This document shows, in pieces, positions 1 through 8,021 of a stretch of DNA of 64,000 bases. Under the pieces are notes generated by a model. It did not search any database. It saw nothing but the letters and a program-made list of their open reading frames with translations, and was not told the origin of the DNA. Source of the stretch: a virus; the IMG/VR virus record IMGVR_UViG_3300042197_004553, positions 1-64,000 of that record; one strand, given 5' to 3'. The position numbers and the translations under genes are program-made. Position 1 is the stretch's first letter, and every line of letters begins with the position of its first letter.

Positions 1-611
1 GCCATCATGACGGCTGCTTCAAACCGCTGCTGAATCCGGCCCTGTTCCTGCGCGTACAACTCGGGGTTGAACGTCATCAGGTACTGCGGCGGCTCAACAG
101 GAGGATACTCCCAGCGGACGGAGAACACGCCTTCCAGCGTTTCGGGATAATCGCTGGCGTTATACAAGTCGCCCAGTTTTTCCCGCGCGGCCGTTTTGAG
201 CGTCTCGTACTCTAACTGGAGATTCGCGGCAGCCGCAGCCAACTGCTCTTTATACTCGGTCATTTTGCTCTCGAACGCCGCGATGTCCGACTGCTTGATG
301 AGCCGGACGCCTTCCTGCGGGTAGGGGAGCGTCATGCTGCGCCAATATCCGGCTGCTTGGCTTTTAAGCGCCGTCAGGGTCTTGTACGTCGTGTTCTTGG
401 TGTCGATCAGTTTCTTGGACGCCGACACAAGGTCGGTGGCCGCGTGAAACGTATCGGCAGCCTGTTTGGTCTGGGCGTCAGAGAGTTTTCTCCGCGTACC
501 CAGCCATGAAAATGACAACTTAACCGCACCCATCGTCTGGCGCAGTTCATTCGCTGTCTCGACAACGCCGGTGTTATCTGTGGCGATCGTGTTCTCTGTT
601 TCTGTTTCCAT
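1..611 (-). CDS. Hypothetical coiled-coil protein associated with the Ycf46-like AAA module (3' end runs off the window)
   Basis: Not in the ORF track because it is truncated. ATG at 611 with AAGGA upstream; open frame METETENTIAT...KLSFSWLGTRRKL...YWRSMTLPYPQEGVRLI... to the window edge. Confidence 0.8.
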   Translation of the reverse strand, partial: METETENTIATDNTGVVETANELRQTMGAVKLSFSWLGTRRKLSDAQTKQAADTFHAATDLVSASKKLIDTKNTTYKTLTALKSQAAGYWRSMTLPYPQEGVRLIKQSDIAAFESKMTEYKEQLAAAAANLQLEYETLKTAAREKLGDLYNASDYPETLEGVFSVRWEYPPVEPPQYLMTFNPELYAQEQGRIQQRFEAAVMM

Positions 612-618
612 AGTTTCC

Positions 619-831
619 TTAGTTGAGTTTGGTCCGTTGTCGCGGCGTGAGGTTTTCGTGCGGCGGCTTGTAGGACTGACCCGGGTCAACAATGCGGCCG
701 CATGACAACTCTAAATAACAATCTTTACACTTTGGTTGTCCGTCAAACATCCATACGGGAGCGCCCGGAGGCGCTTCACTTTCGTCAATAATGTCGCCGC
801 ACGACGTGCATGCCGTTTTTTTGGTTGCCAT
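619..831 (-). CDS. Small Zn-finger-like protein
   Basis: CTSC and CKDC pairs; packs tightly in the operon. Confidence 0.6.
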   Translation of the reverse strand: MATKKTACTSCGDIIDESEAPPGAPVWMFDGQPKCKDCYLELSCGRIVDPGQSYKPPHENLTPRQRTKLN

Positions 832-955
832 GTTCGCTGCCTGCTCTACCGTGGCCTGTCAAGTAGATTGACTGCCGCCATGTGGCAGTCAATTTCGCTC
901 TTCACCCGCTCTTCACCCGGTCTTCACTGCGTAGTGAGCCGTATTGCGGTGAAAA

Positions 956-1240
956 TCAGCCACCAAGGCCGAGTCTGCGCATGCGCTCGTCCCAGTCGGC
1001 GTACTCGCCTTCCCGGCGCGCTTTTCGACCCAGTTTGGCGACGCCGGCTTCGATAGCCTGCGGCGTCAGCGGGTCATCGGTAATGTCGATTACCTGATCG
1101 TCAGGAATGACCTCAATCAAATCCTGAAACGCCTCCCACTGGTCAGCCTTGATGCGCACAAGCGTGACCGTGGACAGCCCGTTTGGGAAAACAATGAGCA
1201 TTTCTCGGTCGATGTCGATAAGTTGTTCAATAGCGTTCAT
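956..1240 (-). CDS. Hypothetical protein
   Basis: ATG overlaps the AAA stop (TGATG coupling). Confidence 0.7.
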   Translation of the reverse strand: MNAIEQLIDIDREMLIVFPNGLSTVTLVRIKADQWEAFQDLIEVIPDDQVIDITDDPLTPQAIEAGVAKLGRKARREGEYADWDERMRRLGLGG

Positions 1241-1788
1241 CAGTTCTCCGACGGTGCGGCTGAAATCTTACGACGGCTTCCTCCCGCGGGAGCCGCCGCG
1301 CGAGGTTTTCCCACGCGTGCGTACAACCCCGGATTGTCAGCCGACAGGCACCGACCAGCCGCCCAGTTCCGCAGGTGCTCGATCTGCTCGGCGGACGTCA
1401 CCGCCACCGGCACGACGTTTTGCGCCGCCTCGGCCAGCGTGATGTCCAGCAGTGCCGCCAGACGGCAGCACGACTTGATCTCGGCACCAGTCCAGTTGGT
1501 GTCGTCGGGCCGTTCTTGCGCCTTGTCGACGCCGAAGTGGTTGAGATAGATGTCCCAGATACGCTGCCGCTGTTCGTCCGCCGGCAGGTCTACGAAGAAC
1601 ACGCCGTCGAAACGCTCGGCACGGGCGAACGGCGCCGGCAACTGGCTGGCGTCGTTACAAGTACCGATAAAGAACACGTCCGACGTGTGGTCATTGAGCC
1701 ACGTCAGGAGCGTACCGAACAGCCGGGCAGAAACGCCGCTATCGGTCTGTCCGGACGAGCCGACGCCAGCCAGACCCTTTTCAATTTC
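1240..1788 (-). CDS. Ycf46-like AAA+ ATPase, exon 2
   Basis: Frame resumes at 1788 as EIEKGLAGVGSSGQTDSGVSARLFGTLLTWLNDHTSDVFFIGTCN...RAERFD..., supplying the second half of Walker B, sensor 1 and the Arg finger. Confidence 0.92.
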   Translation of the reverse strand, partial: EIEKGLAGVGSSGQTDSGVSARLFGTLLTWLNDHTSDVFFIGTCNDASQLPAPFARAERFDGVFFVDLPADEQRQRIWDIYLNHFGVDKAQERPDDTNWTGAEIKSCCRLAALLDITLAEAAQNVVPVAVTSAEQIEHLRNWAAGRCLSADNPGLYARVGKPRAAAPAGGSRRKISAAPSEN

Positions 1789-2597
1789 CGTTATTGTTGC
1801 GAATTAGCCGTTTCCGCTAATTCTCCTACACTTTCATGCAGGACCAGACTATGTCATCTTGTAGCGCCGCACGTTGCAACGGTTACACAAACCTTTTGCC
1901 GCATGTGGTGACGTCGTTAAGCCGCAGGAAATACACGCGGTGTATCGCGTGCGCCACCGACCCGACTTTAATAATTTTGGTGTGGCGTATTTTGCTGTGC
2001 GGGCTGCTTGCATTTCTGTTTTGTGCTCTAACAAATGACAGCGTCTGCAAACAGTTTCAAGATTGTCTAAAGCGTTGTTCGGGTTTTTATTTCCGCGCCC
2101 TAAACGATCTTTGTGGTGTACGACCAGTTTTTTCGTTTTGCCGCAACGAGAACACTGTTGTTCGTCACGGGCAAGTACCGCTGTGCGTTTACCGTCAAAA
2201 TGCCGCCGTTCGCGGTTAATTTTGTATTGCGGTAAAATTTCAGCGCGATATTGTTCGTACCATTGTTTTTTGGCGTTCGCTATTCTTTGACGATTTTTGT
2301 CGTCATTGCGGTAGCGATCCAAATAACAGACTTTGCACAGTCCTTTTGCCATATGTAGCCGATCAGTTCGACCACATGATTGGCAGCAAGGATACTTTTT
2401 TGACCACATCTCAAAACTCTGCTACAAGGCCCCCATTTCGAACCCACTTGGGTCCTACGATCTTTCGATCTAGTCGTTGAACCTTCCAAGTATATGGCTA
2501 CTTGGCTTGGCTGCAAGTTGCCCGGCTTACGCTGAGGGGTTTCTTGCAATTAAAGGGCTTTTCACTGATTTGTCGCCAAATCAGGGGACTGAATTCA
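1789..2597 (-). ncRNA. Group I self-splicing intron (809 nt, IA-like)
   Basis: 5' exon ends in U with P1 GGAU/UG-AAUU-CAGUCC (U.G at the splice site); P2 CUGAUUUG-GCGA-CAAAUCAG; P AAUUGCAAGAAA, Q AACUUGCAGC, R GUUCAACGACUA, S ACAUAGUC; P8 CUUGUAGC/GCUACAAG; P9 with a GAAA loop; terminal G at 1789; splicing restores VLFVD|EIEK. Confidence 0.95.
1849..2409 (-). CDS. Intron-encoded HNH homing endonuclease
   Basis: RD...CSRCG...VHHKD...NN..DNLETVCRRCH HNH motif flanked by two CxxC..H.AKGLCxxC repeats; lies in the P8 loop with its stop in the S element; AT-richer than the flanks. Confidence 0.9.
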   Translation of the reverse strand: MWSKKYPCCQSCGRTDRLHMAKGLCKVCYLDRYRNDDKNRQRIANAKKQWYEQYRAEILPQYKINRERRHFDGKRTAVLARDEQQCSRCGKTKKLVVHHKDRLGRGNKNPNNALDNLETVCRRCHLLEHKTEMQAARTAKYATPKLLKSGRWRTRYTACISCGLTTSPHAAKGLCNRCNVRRYKMT

Positions 2598-3545
2598 ATC
2601 CACAAAGAGCACACACGGAGCCATGGCGTCAATCTGCTTGAGCGCGCGTCGCATGTTGCCCTCGGACTCGCCGACGAACTTACCCATCAGACTGCCGAAG
2701 TCGAGCATGACCGTGGGCCGGCCGACCTCGTTGCCCAGCGCCTTGGCGAACTGGGACTTGCCGCAGCCCGGAGGCGACAGCAGAAGCACGCCCTTGGGTC
2801 GCTTGTCCACGTTCTTTTCGCCCTGCCGACGCATGGCGCGCAGGCAGAATTGCTTGAGGTTCTCAAGACCGCCAAGGTGCTTGAAATCTGCATCGCCGCG
2901 GTAGAGCGACAGCGTGCCGCTTTTTTCCAGCGTCTGAGCCTTGATGCCCCAGATCGTGTCGGCTTCCAACTTGTTGTTGCGGACCAAGGACAGCGCGAAC
3001 GCGTTCTCGGCCTCCTGCCGGGTCAGACCGCGGGCGGCTTCGACGACGCTGGTGACTTGGTCGTCGGTTGGCTTTTCAAACGCCGAGCCCTCGCCGAACA
3101 GGTCGTTGCAGATCGACTTGAGTTGCTCCTCGTCGGGCAACTCGTGATGAACGACGGTGAAGAGTTTTTCGACCTCGGGCTGGAGCGCCACCGTCGGCGA
3201 AATGACAACAAAATACTTGCCTTCACCTTTGCCCTGCACGACGCGGTTGGCCAGCGCTTGCACGACCTCGGGGTTGGGCAGATAGCGATGGAAATTCTTG
3301 AGCACGAGAATCTGCGTCTCGTGCGTCTTGGGCGCGTTATCCAGCGCCCGGATGGCCTGCAGCGGTCCCGGCGCCGGCGTGCCGCTGTACATCTGGCGGT
3401 CGATGTCCCAGACGTCGCAGCCCCACTTGCGCTCCTCGGCCAACTTGCGCAACGTATCCACCGCGTCGTCGCACTCCAGCGACTCGATCCAAATACCAGA
3501 AAAGCCCGCACAGACCAGTTCTTCGATTTCTTTCTTGAGCGACAT
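2598..3545 (-). CDS. Ycf46-like AAA+ ATPase, exon 1
   Basis: LGGLENLK, PKGVLLLSPPGCGKS (Walker A), KFVGESEGNMR pore loop; ends at APCVLFVD. Confidence 0.92.
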
Positions 3546-3547
3546 AG

Positions 3548-3739
3548 TTAGTTCTGCAGTTCCGTGGTTTGTTCGTTTGACGCCGCATAATACTCACCGG
3601 TCAGCGTTTCACCGGTCTTGGCCCCCAGCGCCTGCTCCAGCGCTCGGGAGGCTTCTTGGCACGAACTGCCGGTGAAGCCCGTGGTCTCGATCTTGGTTTC
3701 GCCCGTCGGCGACACGACTACCTGAATGATCTTGCTCAT
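3548..3739 (-). CDS. DUF2997-like protein
   Basis: I.V.VSPTGETKIETTGFTGSSCQEASRALEQALG pattern; usual neighbour of Ycf46-like ATPases. Confidence 0.8.
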   Translation of the reverse strand: MSKIIQVVVSPTGETKIETTGFTGSSCQEASRALEQALGAKTGETLTGEYYAASNEQTTELQN

Positions 3740-3742
3740 GTA

Positions 3743-4108
3743 TTAAGCCTCCACCGTGATGTTAAGTTTGATCGAACCGTCCGGCAGCGTTTCCTCGTAC
3801 ACCGAGTAGCCGCCCTTCTGGGCCTCGTAGATCGCCTTTTCGACAGCGTAGGCCTGCAAGAACTTGTCGAGTTCCTTCTGCTCGCCCCAGTGGCCGTTGT
3901 AATTGTCGTAGGCCGCAGCGCCGGTTTCGACATTGAATACGGCTGGGTACTGCCAGCCCGGGAGTTTGACGGCCAACCCATCGGCCGACTGGTTGCTGAA
4001 AAGGACATGGTGGCCGGCGACGGGCTGTTCCAAGCCCAACCGCTTGCAGGCCGCGGAAATTGCATTAGCGTCACGAACTTCGGTTTTGATTTGAACGATG
4101 TGGGACAT
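3743..4108 (-). CDS. DUF1257 (Ycf35-like) protein
   Basis: MSHIVQIKTEVRD...L..AC.RLG, FLQAYA, C-terminal E...DGSIKL. Confidence 0.8.
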   Translation of the reverse strand: MSHIVQIKTEVRDANAISAACKRLGLEQPVAGHHVLFSNQSADGLAVKLPGWQYPAVFNVETGAAAYDNYNGHWGEQKELDKFLQAYAVEKAIYEAQKGGYSVYEETLPDGSIKLNITVEA

Positions 4109-4110
4109 GG

Positions 4111-4407
4111 TCAGTCCTTGGTTTCGGAAAGTGCTGAAACGATAGTGTCTTCAAATAGTTCTTGCGTCAAAATATTTCGATGCGCAAAACGACCCAGCAC
4201 GTATTCGGCCGTTTGTTTGCCGTGTCGGGCCTTAAATTGTTCGACACCGCGGTCTGTGGTCAGCCGGTAGTCGAGGATATCTGAAATTGCGACGATTTCG
4301 GGAATGGCGATGACGTCGTTATATCGTTCAAGAACGGAGACGATCGCGTCGATGGCTTCTAGTTCTCGTTCTTTGGCGGCGGTGTAGTCTGCGTCGGAGT
4401 ACGGCAT
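4111..4407 (-). CDS. Hypothetical protein
   Basis: TGATG coupling with the upstream gene. Confidence 0.65.
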   Translation of the reverse strand: MPYSDADYTAAKERELEAIDAIVSVLERYNDVIAIPEIVAISDILDYRLTTDRGVEQFKARHGKQTAEYVLGRFAHRNILTQELFEDTIVSALSETKD

Positions 4408-4709
4408 CAGCACACCACGACAACTTCGTCTTCGGTTTCAATCCACACGCGCGCACCGCAAGACAGCGGTTTTAGCGGAGAATAAACCACGCTGGACGGC
4501 CCGTTAATCGCGAGTGTGCGCGCCTTGTATGCGCGAGACCGCCACTGCACGGTGATAACCGGCGCCATTTCGTTCGGGTTTTTCTTGTTGGCCCGAATGC
4601 GCTGCTGGTCAATGTGAATACGTTTAATCGTGCCCGCAGCCATTGTAATGACTGTGCCGGGCGGATTTTCTTGTTCGGTAATCGTACAGCGAGTCAGTGT
4701 TTGACTCAT
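4407..4709 (-). CDS. Conserved phage hypothetical protein
   Basis: KRIHI.Q..IRANKK...PVITV...GPSSVVYSP.KPLSCGARVWIET resembles a common small phage protein; start uncertain. Confidence 0.7.
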   Translation of the reverse strand: MSQTLTRCTITEQENPPGTVITMAAGTIKRIHIDQQRIRANKKNPNEMAPVITVQWRSRAYKARTLAINGPSSVVYSPLKPLSCGARVWIETEDEVVVVC

Positions 4710-4747
4710 GGGCACCTCGGGGCGCGCAGCAGGCGCGCGAAAGAAGT

Positions 4748-4821
4748 CGCCTAGGCCCGCCGGGGCCGGTCGTCCGGTCTAGCAGCCAGCGACCGGCCCC
4801 GTAGTGGCGGGAGGCTAGGCG
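4748..4821 (-). other. Long GC-rich intergenic hairpin
   Basis: Nested inverted repeats CGCCTAG/CTAGGCG, CCCGCC/GGCGGG, GGGGCCGGTCG/CGACCGGCCCC just after a stop codon. Confidence 0.6.
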
Positions 4822-4823
4822 GA

Positions 4824-5705
4824 TCAGCCGCCGAACGTCTGCGACAACTGCGACGCTGCGGTCAGAATGCGCTCGGCGTTCTTGAACGAACCGCCGCACG
4901 CTTCCACAAACGACTCGGCTGCCTGCAACTGCGCCATCGGCACCTTGAATCCGCCATTGCCGGTCGGGCGGGCCTTGGGCGCGACACGCGGCGCCGTTGC
5001 GGTTTCAACTTCTCGCCGGTGAGGCTTTCGCGCCGCGACCCGCGACGGGGCGGCATCGGCGGTGACGGCCGCGGCCGGCTTTCGACTGCGGGTCTTTCCG
5101 CCAAGTCCCGCTTTCTTCAACAGTTGGCTGACCTGCGCCGGGCTGACAGCAATCTTGCGCTTGGCGAGCGCCTCGACGATGTCCTTGCCTCGCAGCGACG
5201 CGCCACTGGCTTCGCGCTTTGAGATTTCATTCCGGATGTGATCAGACAGACTCACCTTAGTATCGGCCATAGAACGCTTACCTCTTGTTGCTGAAACCTT
5301 TTTGGTTTCGACCTCTTCCTGTTCTTCGTCGTCAGCCACAGCGGTGACGACCTCTTCTTCGACAACACTTTCGGACTCAGCCTCGATGTCGCCGTCTTCT
5401 GCGTCATAGTCCGGCTCTTCGTCGGCAGACTCTTTTTCGTCTGGCTCGGAATTGTCGGCGGCGTCTGACACATCAGCGCCCACTTCTGCCTCGACAGCGT
5501 GCAGTTCTTCGTCATCGACGTCTGCGTCGGCTAACTCGGCATCAACATCAATATCAGCATCTTCCATGATGTCATCGTCGTCGGTCATCTTCCCTGTAAC
5601 CTTTTCTTCTTTGGTGGTCTTCGGGGTTGGGGCTGCGTTCGGCAGCGGCTTTCCCCACAGGCTGGCGGGACTGATAAGCCCGCCAATCCCGATTTTCTTA
5701 CCCAT
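4824..5705 (-). CDS. Protein with acidic N-terminal tract and basic helical C-terminal domain (possible DNA-binding protein)
   Basis: D/E-rich stretch then SLSDHIRNEI...KDIVEALAKRKIAVSPAQVSQLL...QLQAAESFVEACGG; start uncertain (5705, 5588 or internal 5270). Confidence 0.7.
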   Translation of the reverse strand: MGKKIGIGGLISPASLWGKPLPNAAPTPKTTKEEKVTGKMTDDDDIMEDADIDVDAELADADVDDEELHAVEAEVGADVSDAADNSEPDEKESADEEPDYDAEDGDIEAESESVVEEEVVTAVADDEEQEEVETKKVSATRGKRSMADTKVSLSDHIRNEISKREASGASLRGKDIVEALAKRKIAVSPAQVSQLLKKAGLGGKTRSRKPAAAVTADAAPSRVAARKPHRREVETATAPRVAPKARPTGNGGFKVPMAQLQAAESFVEACGGSFKNAERILTAASQLSQTFGG

Positions 5706-5823
5706 ATACTCCCTTTCTTTGCCGCAGAAGCGCGGTCTAATTTCACGATATGTCGTGAAAACCAAAAAGCAAGACCCGCCATAAAAATATGCGGCGGCAG
5801 CAGAATACTCGCTGGTTTAGCGG

Positions 5824-6318
5824 TTATTCGCTTTTCTTTTCAAGAATGGCTTTGCGCAGTTTTTCGAGTTGATCCGCTGCGTTGCTGTCTCGAAAATCGA
5901 CGGCGTACACGCCCTCGGCTACGGGCTCGATCGCAATCTCTGTGTTGGATTGCGCGCTTGTCGGTTGCGTGGCGATCGGCGGTGCGGAGCACCCGGGCCC
6001 CCGCAGCCACGCGTCGTTCAAGTGCGGCCACTTTTCGAGCGAGTGGATGGCGCCAAGCAAGTTCCACGCAGCGTGCGCCAAGTGTTCTTCGCTGCGGTCG
6101 CCGCCTAAGAAGTTGTAGATATGCGTGATTGCGTGATTCAAAAGATCAGCAACCGGCATTCCTTGCTCCCAATTGAAGTAGCCAAATTTTTCTGCGCCCT
6201 CGGCATACGTTTGCGCCAGCGCGCGCAAACCAATTGGCGAGATCAGGTCGTAGCGGGCTGTCTCGCAATCGGCACTGCGGACGGCTCCGGTATCGTATTC
6301 ACGGCGTTCCTGCGTCAT
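5824..6318 (-). CDS. dATP/dGTP diphosphohydrolase domain protein (DUF5664-like)
   Basis: TGAVR...RYDLISP..L..LA..Y.EGAEKFG..NWEQGM...H....EEHLAHAAWN. Confidence 0.85.
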   Translation of the reverse strand: MTQERREYDTGAVRSADCETARYDLISPIGLRALAQTYAEGAEKFGYFNWEQGMPVADLLNHAITHIYNFLGGDRSEEHLAHAAWNLLGAIHSLEKWPHLNDAWLRGPGCSAPPIATQPTSAQSNTEIAIEPVAEGVYAVDFRDSNAADQLEKLRKAILEKKSE

Positions 6319-6610
6319 GTTTTTCTTCCGGCTGAAAAGCGAAATAGAGTCGCGGCGAGTCGATAAAAGCCACGGTGCCGCGTTGGCCGTTTGCTTTCTT
6401 GATTACGTGCACACACGGCGGGTCGAAGTGCGAAACCTCAAACTGGTCAAGGAGTTCGTCGTTGGTCCAGACAGGGTCGTGCAAGCGTTCTAGCGCCGTT
6501 TTGGCCTCGGCTTGCCCCATGTGCGAGTACTGAGCCGCCAGCATTTTGATCACGCTGTTTTGCGTGGCGCGGACGGTCACGTCTGTCAGCGTAGCGTCGG
6601 TGTTACCCAT
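6299..6610 (-). CDS. Hypothetical protein
   Basis: VWT.DEL...FEV..F.PP.V.V..K..G.RG...F..SPR.YF pattern; overlaps neighbours in operon fashion. Confidence 0.7.
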   Translation of the reverse strand: MGNTDATLTDVTVRATQNSVIKMLAAQYSHMGQAEAKTALERLHDPVWTNDELLDQFEVSHFDPPCVHVIKKANGQRGTVAFIDSPRLYFAFQPEEKHDAGTP

Positions 6611-7022
6611 TCGGAGTGTTGGTGTCGATTTGTTGTTTAATGGTGTCAAGTTGCGCCGAGTAATCTTTGATCTGCTCGGCAAGTTGTGCCGCATAGTTGT
6701 CGAATACACGAATTTGCGCAACGAGGTCGCGCTGCAGTTCGACGTTGAACGCCGCCAACCGACTCAGCAACCGCAGTACGCTGGCCATATAGGGCGCTTG
6801 AGGGTCGCGCAGCCGCAGCAGTCCCGGCGGCGTGCCTTCTGGATTGTGGTTCCAAATTGGCACGATTGCGAGGCCGTGCAGTTCGGGGATCAGTTCGAGT
6901 GTTTTGACACAAAAATCTTCTGCGAGCCGATAGAGTTCGGCGTCACACGGCAGGCGCTCGGAGGCGATTGCTGGAGTTGTGTCATTGGGATTGGTTGTCG
7001 GCGTGTCCATGCTCGTCTCCAA
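6603..7022 (-). CDS. Hypothetical protein with C-terminal coiled coil
   Basis: ORF in a tight operon. Confidence 0.65.
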   Translation of the reverse strand: METSMDTPTTNPNDTTPAIASERLPCDAELYRLAEDFCVKTLELIPELHGLAIVPIWNHNPEGTPPGLLRLRDPQAPYMASVLRLLSRLAAFNVELQRDLVAQIRVFDNYAAQLAEQIKDYSAQLDTIKQQIDTNTPNG

Positions 7023-7374
7023 AAAGAATGATTGGCGGATCGTACTTTAGCGGGGCCGGCAATAGCCCGTCGATAAGATTGCCGATGCGCGTAGCGGCAA
7101 GGCTGTACACAACCACGCGCACGAGTGCGGCTATCGTACCGCCGGCTCCATCACCCGCCAAGAGGAGCAGGGAAAGATAGAGCGGAACGTGGTAACTCTT
7201 GCAGAATGGGCACATAACCAGTTCCCATAGCCGCCCTTTCGGCGAGTCTGGGGGTGTCGTGTCCTGCCACGCTTGCACGTAGGCCCGCGCCGTTTCAAAA
7301 ATAGACCCTTTGTGCCAGACTTCAATAATCGCCCCAGAGGCGAAAATGACAGCAAAAAGATCGAGTGCGCTCAT
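6982..7374 (-). CDS. DUF1360-like membrane protein
   Basis: Hydrophobic helices around a WELVMCPFCKSYH CxxC motif. Confidence 0.65.
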   Translation of the reverse strand: MSALDLFAVIFASGAIIEVWHKGSIFETARAYVQAWQDTTPPDSPKGRLWELVMCPFCKSYHVPLYLSLLLLAGDGAGGTIAALVRVVVYSLAATRIGNLIDGLLPAPLKYDPPIILFGDEHGHADNQSQ

Positions 7375-7556
7375 CGGCGTTTCTTTGGTGCCTCGCCACG
7401 TTTAATCGAGTTGGTCGCGACCAGCATGAAATAGATCATGAAGCCCGCGGTCAAAAAATAGGACTGCCCGGTAGCAAACAGACTGATTACCGAAGCAAAA
7501 AGAATGAGTCCCGCTAATTGCGCGAATGTGGTGTTGATGTCGTTTGTTTTTGACAT
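7371..7556 (-). CDS. Small two-helix membrane protein
   Basis: Two hydrophobic segments, basic tail, coupled to both neighbours. Confidence 0.6.
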   Translation of the reverse strand: MSKTNDINTTFAQLAGLILFASVISLFATGQSYFLTAGFMIYFMLVATNSIKRGEAPKKRR

Positions 7557-7783
7557 TATTGGCAATCGCCACACGTGCCGTTAGGCCATGGTTGCGTGTT
7601 TCCTCCGTCTACATATTTTCTGTTGTACAGGTATTGCGGGAGCGGCAACGGCGACTCCAGCGTCAGGTGGTTGACTGGGTTGTCCGGCAAATACACTTGG
7701 GGGCCCGGACCCCGCAGGGTAGGCTGGTATTGCGGTAACCGCCGCTCTTGATATAACTTGGCGCTTCTTCCAATGTTGGGCAT
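7556..7783 (-). CDS. Hypothetical protein
   Basis: AAGGAG SD; TATACT box at 7819-7824 upstream. Confidence 0.6.
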   Translation of the reverse strand: MPNIGRSAKLYQERRLPQYQPTLRGPGPQVYLPDNPVNHLTLESPLPLPQYLYNRKYVDGGNTQPWPNGTCGDCQ

Positions 7784-8005
7784 AGTGTGGGCTCCTTTAA
7801 AGACGGCGCATACTGTGCAGTATACACGCCGCTTTTAAGTAGGCCTACCGCTTTGTGAAAAGCGCGCTGAATACCCGACCGAGCACCCAGAACGTGATGC
7901 GGCACAACTCGCAGACCGACGTAAACGCGATGTTGAGCATCATGTTTATGCTGTCTTCGAGCCACTGCAGTTCTGGTTTCTCGTCGTGGCGTAACCGCGA
8001 CGGCC

Positions 8006-8021
8006 TGTTATAGTTACGCAT
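8006..8021 (+). promoter_or_regulatory. Extended -10 promoter (TGn-TATAGT), probably leaderless, for the terminase gene
   Basis: TGT TATAGT at 8006-8014, then 7 nt, then ATG 8022; no SD. Confidence 0.55.

Noticed and set aside
1849-2409. Intein in the ATPase
   Set aside because: The insertion is not translated in frame with the host gene and has RNA catalytic-core motifs rather than intein ends
2595-2597. TGA readthrough, alternative genetic code or pseudogene in the AAA gene
   Set aside because: The TGA is the first three bases of the intron; all three stop codons end genes normally elsewhere in the window
5787-5820. Third copy of the CTAAA...GCATAT promoter motif
   Set aside because: Spacing is about 6 nt longer and the upstream box is incomplete
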